Of a stretch of DNA of 64,000 nt, positions 40,452 to 56,900 are shown piece after piece. The position numbers and the translations under genes were made by a program. Every line of letters starts with the position of its first letter. Position 1 is the first letter of the stretch. The stretch is from Nitrosopumilaceae archaeon (lineage in GTDB: Archaea > Thermoproteota > Nitrososphaeria > Nitrososphaerales > Nitrosopumilaceae): assembly GCA_965209085.1 (NCBI GenBank), contig OZ242376.1, positions 544,001 through 608,000 of the forward strand, written 5' to 3'. The notes beneath the pieces are model-generated. The model did no database searches. It was not told the origin of the DNA and worked only from the letters and a program-made list of their open reading frames with translations.

Positions 40452-41913
40452 GTACGTGGCTAGCCCACACGCACAAATCAATTTGATCCCACTGATCTAA
40501 ATTTACCATAACGAAACGTAATGGATCATATGCCTAACAAAACCGAGATTTCCCAGCTAAGAGCAGTAGCCTGATGGATAAAATGAGATCGCAAAAAAGA
40601 CGAACTGATTCAAAAACTATTTGCCAAAAACGATTTTCTAGAATTACAGATTGCAGAGTTTGCCATATACAAAAAGACCATGGAATCTAGGCTCCGACGG
40701 TATGAAAGCCCTGGTGCATCCCACATCCTCAAACTCGGCAACATGGGAAAAAATAAAATCTGAAAAAAACCAAAACAAAAAACGCAGCAAGAATCACGCA
40801 ACCCGGACACAAAAAGGTAAAAGCAAGATAGGACACAAGGGGGTATCTTCGACCCGAAAATCTGACAAAACTGTCATCGTTTAAACAAAAACTGCACCAA
40901 TTGCGGCAGCATCGACATTGCCCAAATCTGATATACGTACAAGTCCGTAACGGATATTCCAAAAACAGTTGCAGAAACCATAACATACAAATCTAAAAAT
41001 TATTCATGCAAAAACTGCCATCATAAATTTAAAACCAAACGATCCTAGAGTGCTCAGAACAGAGCTTGGGCCAAACCTGATTGCATTTATACACAACCTG
41101 TATGTCAAACGCAGGGCATTCAGAAACATTAGAGACCATCAATAACACTTTCATCCTCTCATTATGCCACAAAACAGTCAAAAACGCTATTGAAATCGCG
41201 GCAAATACGGTAAAACCAAAAACAAAAGAGATTCTAAAAGAGATAAGAGCATCTCTTATCATTCATGCCTATGAGACACACATGCACATCGGACACAAAA
41301 CAGGTTGGGTGTGGGTTGTGGTTGCGACAATGACAGCATACTATCAGATAGCATGGAGCCGCAGCACAGCAGTAATGGCAGAATAATTTCTGATTTGAAT
41401 CACACAATAATCTGAGACGGATACGGTGTACAAACAATACGATGCAATGCAGCGCTGCCGTATACACATTCTGGTTGCGACAAAATACGAGACATTGTAT
41501 AAAGATCCGACGATGTGTGCATCGCATACGAGGTTGCAATGGATATATTTGGATGCAAAAGCTAGGAAAAAAACAAAACCGGAAGAATGTGATCTGGTAC
41601 AGGATGTTCTGGCAATCGCATAATCCTACAAAAATGCCGGAAAACAGTTTGGAGTAAAACTTGCCAATGCTGCACCCAATTTGTTTACGTTCTTGTAGCA
41701 TCTTGGAATGGTACCGACAAACAATGCAGCCGAGCGTGCAATACGTCCTGTCACACTATATCGCAAAGAAAAGGGAGGACTGAAAAACGCAAAAGGCATG
41801 AGAAGGCTTGGTGTCATTCTGACCTTTTATGAGACCGTGCGTATGAGAGGTATCAAGCCGCACACAGAATTGGCTAAAATCTTCTGAGAGGGGTTTGAGG
41901 GCTAGCCATTTAC
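40452..41913 (+). mobile_element. Decayed IS66-family (single-ORF type) element
   Basis: TIRs GTACGTGGCTAGCCC and GGGCTAGCCATTTAC. Fragments include PSS, GHKG..R, ET..GWVWV, QRC..H and PTNNAAERAIRP; many stops and frameshifts. Confidence 0.8.
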
Positions 41914-41962
41914 GAAGAGGTGCTTAGTATCGTTTAATAGCTGACCTCATACATTAATCATA

Positions 41963-44900
41963 ATGTATGTGAATCTTGTGCTTGTGTTTGTGCTGCTCTC
42001 CCCGTTGCCGTTTGCATCCCCGTTTGCATTAAATGATTCTATACAATATGATGATATTTTCACATATAATGTTCCGCTAGCTTATGCTGCCGATCCGCTG
42101 ACGGCTACGAGTGTTGCATACTTGTTCATAAACACCAACAATACTTTTGGTGATAACGGCGACATTGCTCCTGACAAATTCGCAAAAGCAGGTGATGAAT
42201 TGTCTGTGCTTATCCAAGTAAACGAGACAATTACTGACACTACAGCAACGATTCTAAATACTGTGTCTACCACTTTCGGTAATACTGGTACGGGTAACGT
42301 CTATAATCCAAAATTAATAGTTTCAAATAATCCCATTGAATCCCACGCCACTTTTACCATTATAATTACAGGCAGCAACGGAACAGTATGGACTATTACT
42401 GAAGCTAATCTAAGCAAGGTTGGTGCTATGCCTGGTGATGCTAGTTATAGTGCCACCAACGTATTTGTCGATACAATACCTCCAACCATAACTTTAATCG
42501 GATCTGCAGACTACGTCATAGTACATAATGATGATACAGATTCTGTTCCAGACGCAACTGCAAATGACGGGAGTCCAAACTATATGGCCAGCAATTACAC
42601 CCTTGTAAAAAACGCCACAGTTGATGTTACAGCACTAGGTTCTGTTTATAATTACACGTACACAGCAGATGATGATGGTGCAGGAAATCCAGGAGCTAGC
42701 ACAACCCGAATCGTCCGGATAGTGGGTGCGGATCCAATATCTGTTAACTCGCTGAGTATTGCAAGCAATTCTGGAAATAATTATGCAAATGCGGGCAAAA
42801 CCGTAACCGTCACTCTTGTAACTGATGGTACAAATCTTAACAGCCTTACTGGAGTCTTGCTTGGAAGATCATTTACAAATATTACAACCGGAGGCTCTGT
42901 CACGTTTACCGGTACAGTCCAGTCCGGCGATGATGGAGATGCCACGTTTTCAATTACTGCTACAAACTCTAGTGGCAACAAAATCACATTAACAAATAGT
43001 GATATCACAGATAGCTCATCTATCATAATAGATACGATAAAACCCGTAATTGCCCTGACTGGAGGCTCTAGTTCTGTATTTCAGGGGGAAACATATCAGG
43101 ATCCGGGAACAACTGTATCAGATGATGGCAATACATCATATGCCGGTTCTGTATCTGCCTCATCAATTGACACCTCTACACTTGGCGCAAAAACCATTAC
43201 CTATACTGGCACTGCGGATGCGGCAGGTAACGAGCCGGATCAACAAACTAGAACAGTTACAGTATTGGAAAAACCTCTGGGTCTGAATTCGCTGGGTCTG
43301 AATTCGCTGGGTCTGAATTCGCTGGGTCTAAATTCGCTGACAATTGAATCAAACAACAATGTAAACACCTCTTTTGCCAAAGACGGAGATGTGATTACAG
43401 TAACGCTTGTTGCAAACGGCACGATTGGTAATGTTACAGGAATAATTGCAGGCAATTCTGTCACATATGCTGTCACCAATAATACTGTATTGGCCACGGT
43501 AACAGTTGATGGAACCTTTGCCGATACTGCCAGCGTCTCTTTTTCGATTACCGTATACAACGAGGATAATTCCACATTTAGAACATTTACAAATACAGAC
43601 CTGACTGGATCAAATATTGCTATAGATACAACTCCACCTAGTATAACATTAAACGGTGCAAACACCATTGCTATCATGAATCAACCTTATGAGGATCCAA
43701 ACGCCACAGCATCTGATGCATCATATGCAACAGGTAGCGTACAAGTATCCGGAGCCGGCAATGTAGATATTACAACAAATGCCATCTATACTCTCACTTA
43801 TACTGCACCTGATGATCCTGCCGGCAATATTGGATCTGTCATAACACGGACTGTTACAGTACAGGATGCGGCGCCAATAAATGTTAACTCGCTGAGTATT
43901 GCAAGTAATTCTGGAAATAATTATGCAAATGCGGGCAAAACTGTAACCGTCACTCTTGTAACGGATGATTCCGATTTGGGCAATATTACTGGAATCTTGC
44001 TTGGAAGAGCGTTGGTAAATGATACAAACGGTGGTTCTGCTGAATTTACTGCCACTGTCGTATCCGGCGATGATGGAGATGCCGCGTTTTCAATTACCGT
44101 GACAAAATCTAGCGGCAACCAAATTTCAATAACAAATGCTGACATCACAGACGGCTCTTTTGTCACAATAGATACGATAAAACCTGTAATTGCCCTGACT
44201 AGAGGCTCTAGTTCTGTATTTCAGGGGGAAACATATCAGGATCCGGGAACAACTGTATCAGATAGTAACAATGCATCATATGCCGGTTCTGTATCTGCCT
44301 CATCAATTGACACCTCTACACTTGGTGCAAAAACCATTACCTATACTGGCACTGCGGATGCGGCAGGTAACGAGCCGGATCAACAAACTAGAACAGTTAC
44401 AGTATTGGAAAAACCTCTGGGTCTGAATTCGCTGGGTCTAAATTCGCTGACAATTGAATCAAACAACAATGTAAACACCTCTTTTGCCAAAGACGTAGAT
44501 GTGATTACAGTAACGCTTGTTGCAAACGGCACGATTGGTAATGTTACAGGAATAATTGCAGGCAATTCTGTCACATATGCTGTCACCAATAATACTGTAT
44601 TGGCCACGGTAACAGTTGATGGAACCTTTGCCGATACTGCCAGCGTCTCTTTTTCGATTACCGTATACAACGAGGATAATTCCACATTTAGAACATTTAC
44701 AAATACAGACCTGACTGGATCAAATATTGCCATAGATACAACTCCACCTAGTATAACATTAAACGGTGCAAACACCATTGCTATCATGAATCAACCTTAT
44801 GAGGATCCAAACGCCACAGCATCTGATGCATCATATGCAACAGGTAGCGTACAAGTATCCGGAGCCGGCAATGTAGATATTACAACAAATGCCATCTATA

Positions 44901-47900
44901 CTCTCACTTATACTGCACCTGATGATCCTGCCGGCAATATTGGACCTGTCATAACACGGACTGTTACAGTACAGGATACACCGCCAATAAATGTTAACTC
45001 GCTGAGTATTGCAAGTAATTCTGGAAATAATTATGCAAATGCGGGCAAAACTGTAACCGTCACTCTTGTAACGGATGATTCCGATTTGGGCAATATTACT
45101 GGAATCTTGCTTGGAAGAGCGTTGGTAAATGATACAAACGGTGGTTCTGCTGAATTTACTGCCACTGTCGTATCCGGCGATGATGGAGATGCCGCGTTTT
45201 CAATTACCGTGACAAAATCTAGCGGCAACCAAATTTCAATAACAAATGCTGACATCACAGACGGCTCTTTTGTCACAATAGATACGATAAAACCTGTAAT
45301 TGCCCTGACTAGAGGCTTTAGTTCTGTATTTCAGGGGGAAACATATCAGGATCCGGGCACAACTGTATCCGATGATGGCAATGCATCATATGCCGGTCCT
45401 GTATCTGCCTCATCAATTGACACCTCTACACTTGGTGCAAAAACCATTACCTATACTGGCACTGCGGATGCGGCAGGTAACGAGCCGGATCAACAAACTA
45501 GAACTGTCACAGTACTGGCAAAATCGCTGTCCCGTACTGTGAATGTCCTTGATGTGCCGCCATTAGATCTTGAATTTCAATTTATATCTCCATCTGGAAA
45601 ATTAACCAGAGGCGTTGATTTTAGCGGCGATTATACCTTTAACTCTATAGACCCGTTTAAAATAAATGACAAAACATATGCTCTTGTAACCAACGGATTT
45701 AATACAAACAATGATTTCTTTATTCTAGATATAACAAATCCTGCATTACCTAGTGTTATATCTGAACAAAATATTGCCGGCTTTATTACACAGGATTCGG
45801 CCATCCTTACAGTAGACGGTCTGCCGTATGGTATCATGTCAACTTTTACTAGCCGCGTTAATATTTACAATCTCAGCAATCCTGCATCACCATCCGTACT
45901 CAATTCTATAGACGATGGATCTTTATATCCGACAGTAAATTCTCCATCTGGCGTTACCACTATAAAAATAGGATCCACACCGTATATCCTGATATCCTCC
46001 CAAGATAATGATAAAGGCGTCCAAATCGTAAACGCTACATTCCCCGACAGTCTAAAACATGTATCAAATATAGTAGATGGTACAACATACCCTGTACTAG
46101 ATGGCGCACAAGGCATTACCACCGTAACAATTGGATCCTCACAGTATGCCCTAGTGGCAGCCAGTGTTGATAATGGTGTACAAATCATAAACATTACAGA
46201 CCCATACAACCCCTCCCCTGCATCTTCGGTTACAGATGGTACATTATATCCGGAACTAGATGGTGCATGGGATGTCACTACGATAGCAATAGATGGCTCA
46301 ACGTATGCCCTAGTGGCAGCCAAAACTGATAATGGCGTCCAAATTATAAACATTACAGACCCATACAACCCCTCCCCTGTATATTCAGTTACTGACGGAA
46401 TAGGCGGATATGACACACTAAATGCCCCATTATCTATAGTCGCAAAACAAATAGGATTATCCACGTATGCCTTTGTGGCATCAAATGGTGATAATGGCAT
46501 CCAAGTTATAGACATTACAGACCCACAAAACCCGTTACCGGCATACAATATTGCAGATGATCCTAGTGGATATACAAATCTGAATGGTACATCTGATATT
46601 GCTCTTGCACGCATAAATGATTTAACATATGTCCTTGTGACATCATTCTATGATGGTCTGCAAATCATAAGTGTGAGATCCTCTGCTGTAATCTCAACTA
46701 CCAGTAATCCTGACCAATCATATGCCAAAGCAGGTGATACACTTACCGTACAATTTACCGTAAATGACACAATCTCATCTAATTCAAGCCAAATACTGGG
46801 ATTAACCCCCACCGTATCCATAAGCGGTGCCGATTTTAGTGCAGCAATAACTGTACCCTCTGTACAAACAGAATCGTATGCAACCTTTGCAATACAGGTT
46901 GTAAACGCTGATGGTGCAACCCTGTCTGTAACAGAGAGTGCCATACCGCAGAACAGTCGCATATTCATCGATACAATCGCACCTGAAATATCCCTCATCG
47001 GCAACTCATCTTTTACGGTAATTTTGAATTCAATTGATCCGTTCATCCCTGGTGCAATCATAACTGATGGGGACCCAAACTATCCGGATACCTTTACTAT
47101 CACAATCAACGGCACTTTGGACACTGGCGTGATAAACTCTACAGTAACGTATACGTATACTGCAGCTACTGATGGGGCAGGAAATGCCGGTTCTAGTGTA
47201 ACACGAACAGTTACAGTGGTTGAGGCTGAACCAATTACAATCAACTCGCTGACTATTGCAAGCTCATCAGGCACCAATTATGCAAATGCAGGCAAAACCA
47301 TAACTGTCACACTTGCCACTGATGGTTCGGATCTTGGCAACTTTACTGGAACACTGCTTGGCAGATCATTTACAAATACTACAAACGGCGGCTCTGCTAC
47401 GTTTACCAGTACAGTCCAGTCCGGCGATGATGGAAATGCCGCGTTTTCAATTACCGTGACAAACTCTAGTGGCAACCAAATTTCAATAACAAATGCAAAC
47501 ATCACAGACAGCTCATCTGTCACAATAGATACGATAAAACCCGTAATTGTTTTGACTGGCGGTGTAGGTTCTGTATTCCAGGGTGAGACATATCAGGATC
47601 CGGGCACAACTGTATCAGATGGTAACAATACATATGCCGGTTCTGTATCTGCCTCATCAATTAACACCTCTACACTTGGTGTAAAAATCATTACCTATAC
47701 TGGCACAGCAGATGCGGCAGGTAACGAGCCGGATCAAATAACTAGAATAGTTACAGTATTTGCAAAACCTCTGGGTATAAATTCGCTGGCAATTGAATCA
47801 AACAACAATGTAAACACCTCTTTTGCCAAAGACGGGGATGTGATTACAGTAACGCTTGTTGCAAACGGCACGATTGATTATGCAATAGGAACAATTGCCA

Positions 47901-50900
47901 GCAATTCTGCTACATACACTGTCACCGGCAATAATGCATCAGCTACGGTAACAGTTGATGGAACCTTTACCGATACTGCCAGCGTCACATTTTCGATTAC
48001 CGTATACAACGAGGATAATTCCACATTTAGAACATTTACAAATACAGACCTGACTGGATCAAATATTGCCATAGATACAACTGCACCTAGTATAACATTA
48101 AACGGTGTAAACAACACCATTGTTAACATGAATCAACCATATGAGGATCCAAACGCCACAGCATCTGATGCATCATATGCAACAGGTAGCGTACAGGTAT
48201 CCGGAGCTGGCAATGTAGATACTACAACAAATGCCATCTATACTCTCACTTATACTGCACCTGATGATCCTGCAGGTAATATTGGACCGGTCATAACACG
48301 GACTGTTACAGTACAGGATGCACCGCCAATAAATGTTAACTCGCTGAGTATTGCAAGCAATTCTGGAAATAATTATGCAAATGCGGGCAAAACTGTAACC
48401 GTCACTCTTGTAACGGATGGTACAAATCTTAACAGCCTTACTGGAGTCTTGCTTGGCAGATCATTTACAAATACTACAACCGGGGGCTCTGCTACGTTTA
48501 CCGGTACAGTCCAGTCCGGCGATGATGGAAATGCCACGTTTTCAATTACTGCTACAAACTCTAGTGGCAACAAAATCACATTAACAAATAGTGATATCAC
48601 AGATAGCTCATCTATCATAATAGATACGATAAAACCCGTAATTAACCTGACTGGAGGCAATGATTTTGTACTCCAGGGTGAGACATATCAGGATCCGGGC
48701 ACAACTGTATCAGATGATGGCAATGCATCATATGCCGGTCCAGTATCTGCCTCATCAATTGACACCTCTACACTTGGCGCAAAAACCATTACCTATACTG
48801 GCACAGCGGATGCGGCAGGTAACGAGCCGAATCAAATAACTAGAATAGTTACAGTATTGGCAAAACCTCTGGGTATAAATTCGCTGACAATTGAATCAAA
48901 TAACAATGTAAACACCTCTTTTGCCAAAGACGGGGATGTGATTACAGTAACGCTTGCTGTAAACGGCACGATTGGTAATGTTACAGGAGTAATTGCAGGC
49001 AATTCTGCTACATACACTGTCACCGGCAATAATGCATCAGCTACGGTAACAGTTGATGGAGCCTTTACTGATACTGCCAGCGTCACATTTTCGATTACCG
49101 TATACAACGAGGATAATTCCACATTTAGAACATTTACAAATACAGACCTGACTGGATCAAATATTGCCATAGATACAACTGCACCTAGTATAACATTAAA
49201 CGGTGCAAACAACACCATTGTTATCATGAATCAACCATATGAGGATCCAAACGCCACAGCATCTGATACATCATATGCAACAGGTAGCGTACAGGTATCC
49301 GGAGCTGGCAATGTAAATACCGCAATAGTTGGCAATTATACCCTCACCTATACTGCACCTGATGATTATGCAGGCAATACAGGACCTGTCATAACACGGA
49401 CTGTTACAGTACAGGATGCACCGCCAATAAATGTTAACTCGCTGAGTATTGCAAGCAATTCTGGAAATAATTATGCAAATGCGGGCAAAACCGTAACCGT
49501 CACTCTTGTAACGGATGGTACAAATCTTAACAGCCTTACTGGAGTCTTGCTTGACAGATCATTTACAAATACTACAACCGGGGGCTCTGCTACGTTTGCC
49601 GGTACAGTCCAGTCCGGCGATGATGGAAATGCCACGTTTTCAATTACCGTGACAAACTCTAGTGGCAGCCAAATTTCAATAACAAATGCAAACATCACAG
49701 ACGGCTCATATGTCACAATAGATACGATAAAACCCGTAATTGCCCTGACTGGAGGCAATGATTCTGTACTCCAGGGTGAGACATATCAGGATCCGGGCAC
49801 AACTGTATCAGATATTAACAATGCATCATATGCAGGTCCCGTATCTGCCACATCAATAAACACCTCTACACTTGGCGCAAAAACCATTACCTATACTGGC
49901 ACAGCAGATGCGGCAGGTAACGAACCGAATCAAATAACTAGAACAGTTACAGTATTGGCAAAACCGCTGGGTCTGAATTCGCTGACAATTGAATCAAACA
50001 ACAATGTAAACACCTCTTTTGCCAAAGACGGGGATGTGATTACAGTAACGCTTGTTGCAAACGGCACGATTGGTAATGCTACAGGGGTAATTGCAGGCAA
50101 TTCTGCTACATACACTGTCACCGGCAATAATGCATCAGATACGGTAACAGTTGATGGAACCTTTGCCGATACTGCCAGCGTCACATTTTCGATTACCGCA
50201 TTCAACGAGGATAATTCCACATTTAGAACATTTACAAATACAAATCTGACCGGATCAAATATTGCCATAGATACAACTGCACCTAGTATAACATTAAACG
50301 GTGCAAACAACACCATTGTTATCATGAATCAACCATATGAGGATCCAAACGCCACAGCATCTGATACATCATATGCAACAGGTAGCGTACAGGTATCCGG
50401 AGCCGGCAATGTAAATACTGCACTAGTTGGCAATTATACCCTCACCTATACTGCACCTGATGATTATGCAGGCAATACAGGACCTGTCATAACACGGACT
50501 GTTACAGTACAGGATGCACCGCCAATAAATGTTAACTCGCTGAGTATTGCAAGCAATTCTGGAAATAATTATGCAAATGCGGGCAAAACCGTAACTGTCA
50601 CTCTTGTAACGGATGGCACAAATCTTAACAGCCTTACTGGAGTCTTGCTTGACAGATCATTTACAAATACTACAACCGGAGGCTCTGCTACGTTTGCCGG
50701 TACAGTCCAGTCCGGCGATGATGGAAATGCCACGTTTTCAATTACCGTGACAAACTCTAGTGGCAGCCAAATTTCAATAACAAATGCAAACATCACAGAC
50801 GGCTCATATGTCACAATAGATACGATAAAACCCGTAATTGCCCTGACTGGAGGCAATGATTCTGTACTCCAGGGTGAGACATATCAGGATCCGGGCACAA

Positions 50901-53900
50901 CTGTATCAGATATTAACAATGCATCATATGCAGGTCCCGTATCTGCCACATCAATAAACACCACGATACTTGGCCCACAAAACATTACCTATACTGGCAC
51001 AGCAGATGCGGCAGGTAACGAGCCGAATCAAATAACTAGAATAGTTACAGTATTTGCAAAACCTCTGGGCATAAATTCGCTGACAATTGAATCAAACAAC
51101 AATGTAAACACCTCTTTTACCAAAGACGGGGATGTGATTACAGTAACGCTTGTTGCAAACGGCACGATTGGTAATGCTACAGGAGTAATTGCAGGAGTAA
51201 TTGCAAGCAATTCTGTTACATATGCTGTCACCAATAATACTGTATTGGCCACGGTAACAGTTGATGGAACCTTTGCCGATACTGCCAGCGTCACATTTTC
51301 GATTACCGTATACAACGAGGATAATTCCACATTTAGAACATTTACAAATGCAAATCTGACTGGATCAAATATTGCCATAGATACAACTGCACCTAGCATA
51401 ACATTAAACGGTGCAAACAACACCTTCGTTGTAACAAATTCCTCCTATACGGATCTAGGTGCCACGGCAACTGATATATCATATGCAACAGGTAGCGTAC
51501 AAGTATCCGGAGTCGGCACTGTAAATATTGCAACATCTGGCAACTATATTCTCACTTATACTGCACCTGATGATCCTGCAGGAAATCCAGGTAACACCAT
51601 ATCCCGTACTGTGATTGTTTCGGATGCGGCGCCGTTGGTGCTTGTAACTAAATTTATCCACTCTCCGAGTGGAACACTAACCCGTGGTACTGATTTTCCA
51701 ACCAATATACCTCCTACTACCATCAATCTGTTTGAAACAAGTGGTAAAACATATGCCTTGTTAGCGGAAGGATCTGGCGGAGCATGGATTATTGCAGACG
51801 TTACAAATCCTGCATCACCTAGTGTAGTATTTAATAATGCCAGTTTCACACCTACATACAAAACATCCATCTTTACAATAGATAATACCCAATATGCCAT
51901 AGCTGCAGGCGGTATCGGCATTACTAGTATACTCGACATCAGCTCACCTGCATCCCCATCTGTTATTACAACACTTGTAAACGGCACAGACTATCCGCGA
52001 CTATACAATGCACAAAGCGTTACAACCGTAACAATAGGTGCCTCAACTTTTGCACTGTTTGCATCTGGCAATCCTACAAACGGCGTCCAAATCATAGACG
52101 TTACAAACCCCCACAGCCCATCACATGTATCCTACCTTACCGATGATACGGATGGTTATTTGGAACTAGGAGGCGCATTTGACATTACCACTGTAATAAT
52201 CGGTGCATCAGTTTATGCCTTGGTGGCATCCAATAATGATGATGGCGTCCAAATCATAGACATTACAGACCCATACAACCCATCAAATACATCAAGTGTA
52301 ACAGATGGAATGGATGGCTATGATAAACTAGATGGTGCATATGGCATCACCACCGTAACTGTAGGATCATCAGTTTATGCCTTGGTGGCATCCTTTAATG
52401 ATGATAGCATCCAAATCATAAACATTACAGACCCATACAACCCATCAAATGCATCAAGCGTAACAGATGGAATAGATGGCTATGATGAACTAGATGGTCC
52501 ATATAGGATCACCACCGTAACTGTAGGATCATCAGTTTATGCTTTGACAGTATCCATTATTGATGATGGCGTCCAAATCATAGACATTACAGACCCATAC
52601 AACCCCCAACCTGCATATTCTCCCACGGATAATACTGGCGGTTATGTAAATCTGGATAACCCAAGAGATGTCATTACTACAACCATAAATGGCACAACAT
52701 ATGCATTTATAGCCTCAAATAATGACGGTCTCCAAATCATAAAACTGGAATCTGCACCACTGACTATATCTAGTAGCAATACAAATCCAACATATGCCAA
52801 AACAGGTGATACACTCACCGTACAATTTACCGTAAATGACACAATCTCATCTAATTCAAGCCAAATACTGGGATTAACCCCCACCGTATCCATAAGCGGT
52901 GCCGATTTTAGTGCAGCAATAACTGTACCCTCTGTACAAACAGAATCGTATGCAACCTTTGCAATACAGGTTTCAAACACTAATGGTGCAACCCTGTCTG
53001 TAACAGAGAGTGGCATATCGCAGAGTAGCAATATATTCATCGATACAATCGCACCTGAAATATCCCTCATCGGCAACTCATCTTTTACGGTAATTTTGAA
53101 TTCAACTGATCCGTTCATCCCTGGTGCAATCATAACTGATGGGGACCCAAACTATCCGGATACCTTTACTATCACAATCAACGGCACTTTGGACACTGGC
53201 GTGATAAACTCTACAGTAACGTATACGTATACTGCAGCTACTGATGGGGCAGGAAATGCCGGTTCTAGTGTAACACGAACAGTTACAGTGGTTGAGGCTG
53301 AACCAATTACAATCAACTCGCTGACTATTGCAAGCTCATCAGGCACCAATTATGCAAATGCAGGCAAAACCATAACTGTCACACTTGCCACTGATGGTTC
53401 GGATCTTGGCAACTTTACTGGAACACTGCTTGGTAGATCATTTACAAATACTACAAACGGCGGCTCTGCTGAATTTACTGCCACTGTCGTATCCGGCGAT
53501 GATGGAGATGCCGCGTTTTCAATTACCGTGACAAACTCTAGTGGCAACCAAATTTCAATAACAAATGCAAACATCACAGACAGCTCATCTGTCACAATAG
53601 ATACGATAAAACCCGTAATTGTTTTGACTGGCGGTGTAGGTTCTGTATTCCAGGGTGAGACATATCAGGATCCGGGCACAACTGTATCAGATGGTAACAA
53701 TACATCATATGCCGGTTCTGTATCTGCCTCATCAATTAACACCTCTACACTTGGTGTAAAAATCATTACCTATACTGGCACAGCAGATGCGGCAGGTAAC
53801 GAGCCGGATCAAATAACTAGAATAGTTACAGTATTGGCAAAACCTCTGGGTATAAATTCGCTGACAATTGAATCAAACAACAATGTAAACACCTCTTTTG

Positions 53901-56900
53901 CCAAAGACGGGGATGTGATTACAGTAACGCTTGTTGCAAACGGCACGATTAGTAATGTTACAGGGGTAATTGCAGGCAATTCTGCTACATACACTGTCAC
54001 CGGCAATAATGCATCAGTTATGGTAACAGTTGATGGAACCTTTGCCGATACTGCCAGCGTCACATTTTCGATTACCGTATACAACGAGGATAATTCCACA
54101 TTTAGAGTATTTACAAATACAGACCTGACTGGATCAAATATTGCCATAGATACAACTGCACCTAGTATAACATTAAACGGTGCAAACAACACCATTGTTA
54201 ACATGAATCAACCATATGAGGATCCAAACGCCACAGCATCTGATGCATCATATGCAACAGGTAGCGTACAGGTATCCGGAGCCGGCAATGTAGATACTAC
54301 AACAAATGCCATCTATACTCTCACTTATACTGCACCGGATGATCCTGCAGGTAATATTGGACCGGTCATAACACGGACTGTTACAGTACATGATGCACCG
54401 CCAATAAATGTTAACTCGCTGAGTATTGCAAGCAATTCTGGAAATAATTATGCAAATGAGAGCAAAACTGTAACCGTCACTCTTGTAACGGATGGTACAA
54501 ATCTTAACAGCCTTACTGGAGTCTTGCTTGGCAGATCATTTACAAATACTACAACCGGAGGCTCTGCTATGTTTACCGGTACAGTCCAGTCCGGCGATGA
54601 CGGAAATGCCACGTTTTCAATTACTGCTACAAACTCTAGTGGCAGCCAAATTTCAATAACAAATGCTGACATCACAGATGGCTCATATGTCACAATAGAT
54701 ACGATAAAACCCGTAATTAACCTGACTGGAGGCAATGATTTTGTACTCCAGGGTGAGACATATCAGGATCCGGGCACAACTGTATCAGATGATGGCAATG
54801 CATCATATGCCGGTCCAGTATCTGCCTCATCAATTGACACCTCTACACTTGGCGCAAAAACCATTACCTATACTGGCACAGCGGATGCGGCAGGTAACGA
54901 GCCGAATCAAATAACTAGAATAGTTACAGTATTGGCAAAACCTTTGGGTATAAATTCGCTGATAATTGAATCAAACAACAGTGTAAACACCTCTTTTGCC
55001 AAAGACGGGGATGTGATTACAGTAACGCTTGCTGTAAACGGCACGATTGGTAATGTTACAGGAGTAATTGCAGGCAATTCTGCTACATACAATGTCACCG
55101 GCAATAATGCATCAGCTACGGTAACAGTTGATGGAGCCTTTACTGATACTGTCAGCGTCACATTTTCGATTACCGCATACAACGAGGATAATTCCACATT
55201 TAGAACATTTACAAATACAGACCTGACTGGATCAAATATTGCCATAGATACAACTGCACCTAGTATAACATTAAACGGTGCAAACAATACTCTAGTTTTC
55301 ACAAATTCCACATATGTGGATAAAAACGCCACAGCATCTGATGCATCATATGCAACAGGTAGCGTACAGGTATCCGGAGCCGGCACTGTAAATACTGCAA
55401 CAGCTGGCAATTATACCCTCACTTATACTGCACCTGTTGATCCTGCAGGTAATATTGGACCTGTCATAACACGGACTGTTACAGTACAGAATGCACCGCC
55501 AATAAATGTTAACTCGCTGAGTATTGCAAGCAATTCTGGAAATAATTATGCAAATGCGGGCAAAACTGTAACCGTCACTCTTGTAACGGATGGTACAAAT
55601 CTTAACAGCCTTACTGGAGTCTTGCTTGGCAGATCATTTACAAATACTACAACCGGGGGCTCTGCTACGTTTACCGGTACAGTCCAGTCCGGCGATGATG
55701 GAAATGCCACGTTTTCAATTACTGCTACAAACTCTAGTGGCAACAAAATCACATTAACAAATAGTGATATCACAGATAGCTCATCTATCATAATAGATAC
55801 GATAAAACCCGTAATTAACCTGACTGGAGGCAATGATTCTGTACTCCAGGGTGAGACATATCAGGATCCGGGCACAACTGTATCAGATGATGGCAATGCA
55901 TCATATGCCGGTCCAGTATCTGCCTCATCAATTGACACCTCTACACTTGGCACAAAAACCATTACCTATACTGGCACAGCAGATGCGGCAGGTAACGAGC
56001 CGAATCAAATAACTAGAATAGTTACAGTATTTGCAAAACCTCTGGGTATAAATTCGCTGACAATTGAATCAAACAACAATGTAAACACCTCTTTTGCCAA
56101 AGACGGGGATGTGATTACAGTAACGCTTGTTGCAAACGGCACGATTGGTAATGCTACAGGGGTAATTGCAGGCAATTCTGCTACATACACTGTTACCGGC
56201 AATAATGCATCAGCTACGGTAACAGTTGATGGAACCTTTACTGATACTGCCAGCGTCACATTTTCGATTACCGTATACAACGAGGATAATTCCACATTTA
56301 GAACATTTACAAATACAAATCTGACCGGATCAAATATTGCCATAGATACAACTGCACCTAGTATAACATTAAACGGTGCAAACAACACCATTGTTATCAT
56401 GAATCAACCATATGAGGATCCAAACGCCACAGCATCTGATACATCATATGCAACAGGTAGCGTACAGGTATCCGGAGCTGGCAATGTAAATACTGCACTA
56501 GTTGGCAATTATACCCTCACCTATACTGCACCTGATGATTATGCAGGCAATACAGGACCTGTCATAACACGGACTGTTACAGTACAGGATGCACCGCCAA
56601 TAAATGTTAACTCGCTGAGTATTGCAAGCAATTCTGGAAATAATTATGCAAATGCGGGCAAAACCGTAACTGTCACTCTTGTAACGGATGGCACAAATCT
56701 TAACAGCCTTACTGGAGTCTTGCTTGACAGATCATTTACAAATACTACAACCGGAGGCTCTGCTACGTTTGCCGGTACAGTCCAGTCCGGCGATGATGGA
56801 AATGCCACGTTTTCAATTACCGTGACAAACTCTAGTGGCAGCCAAATTTCAATAACAAATGCAAACATCACAGACGGCTCATATGTCACAATAGATACGA

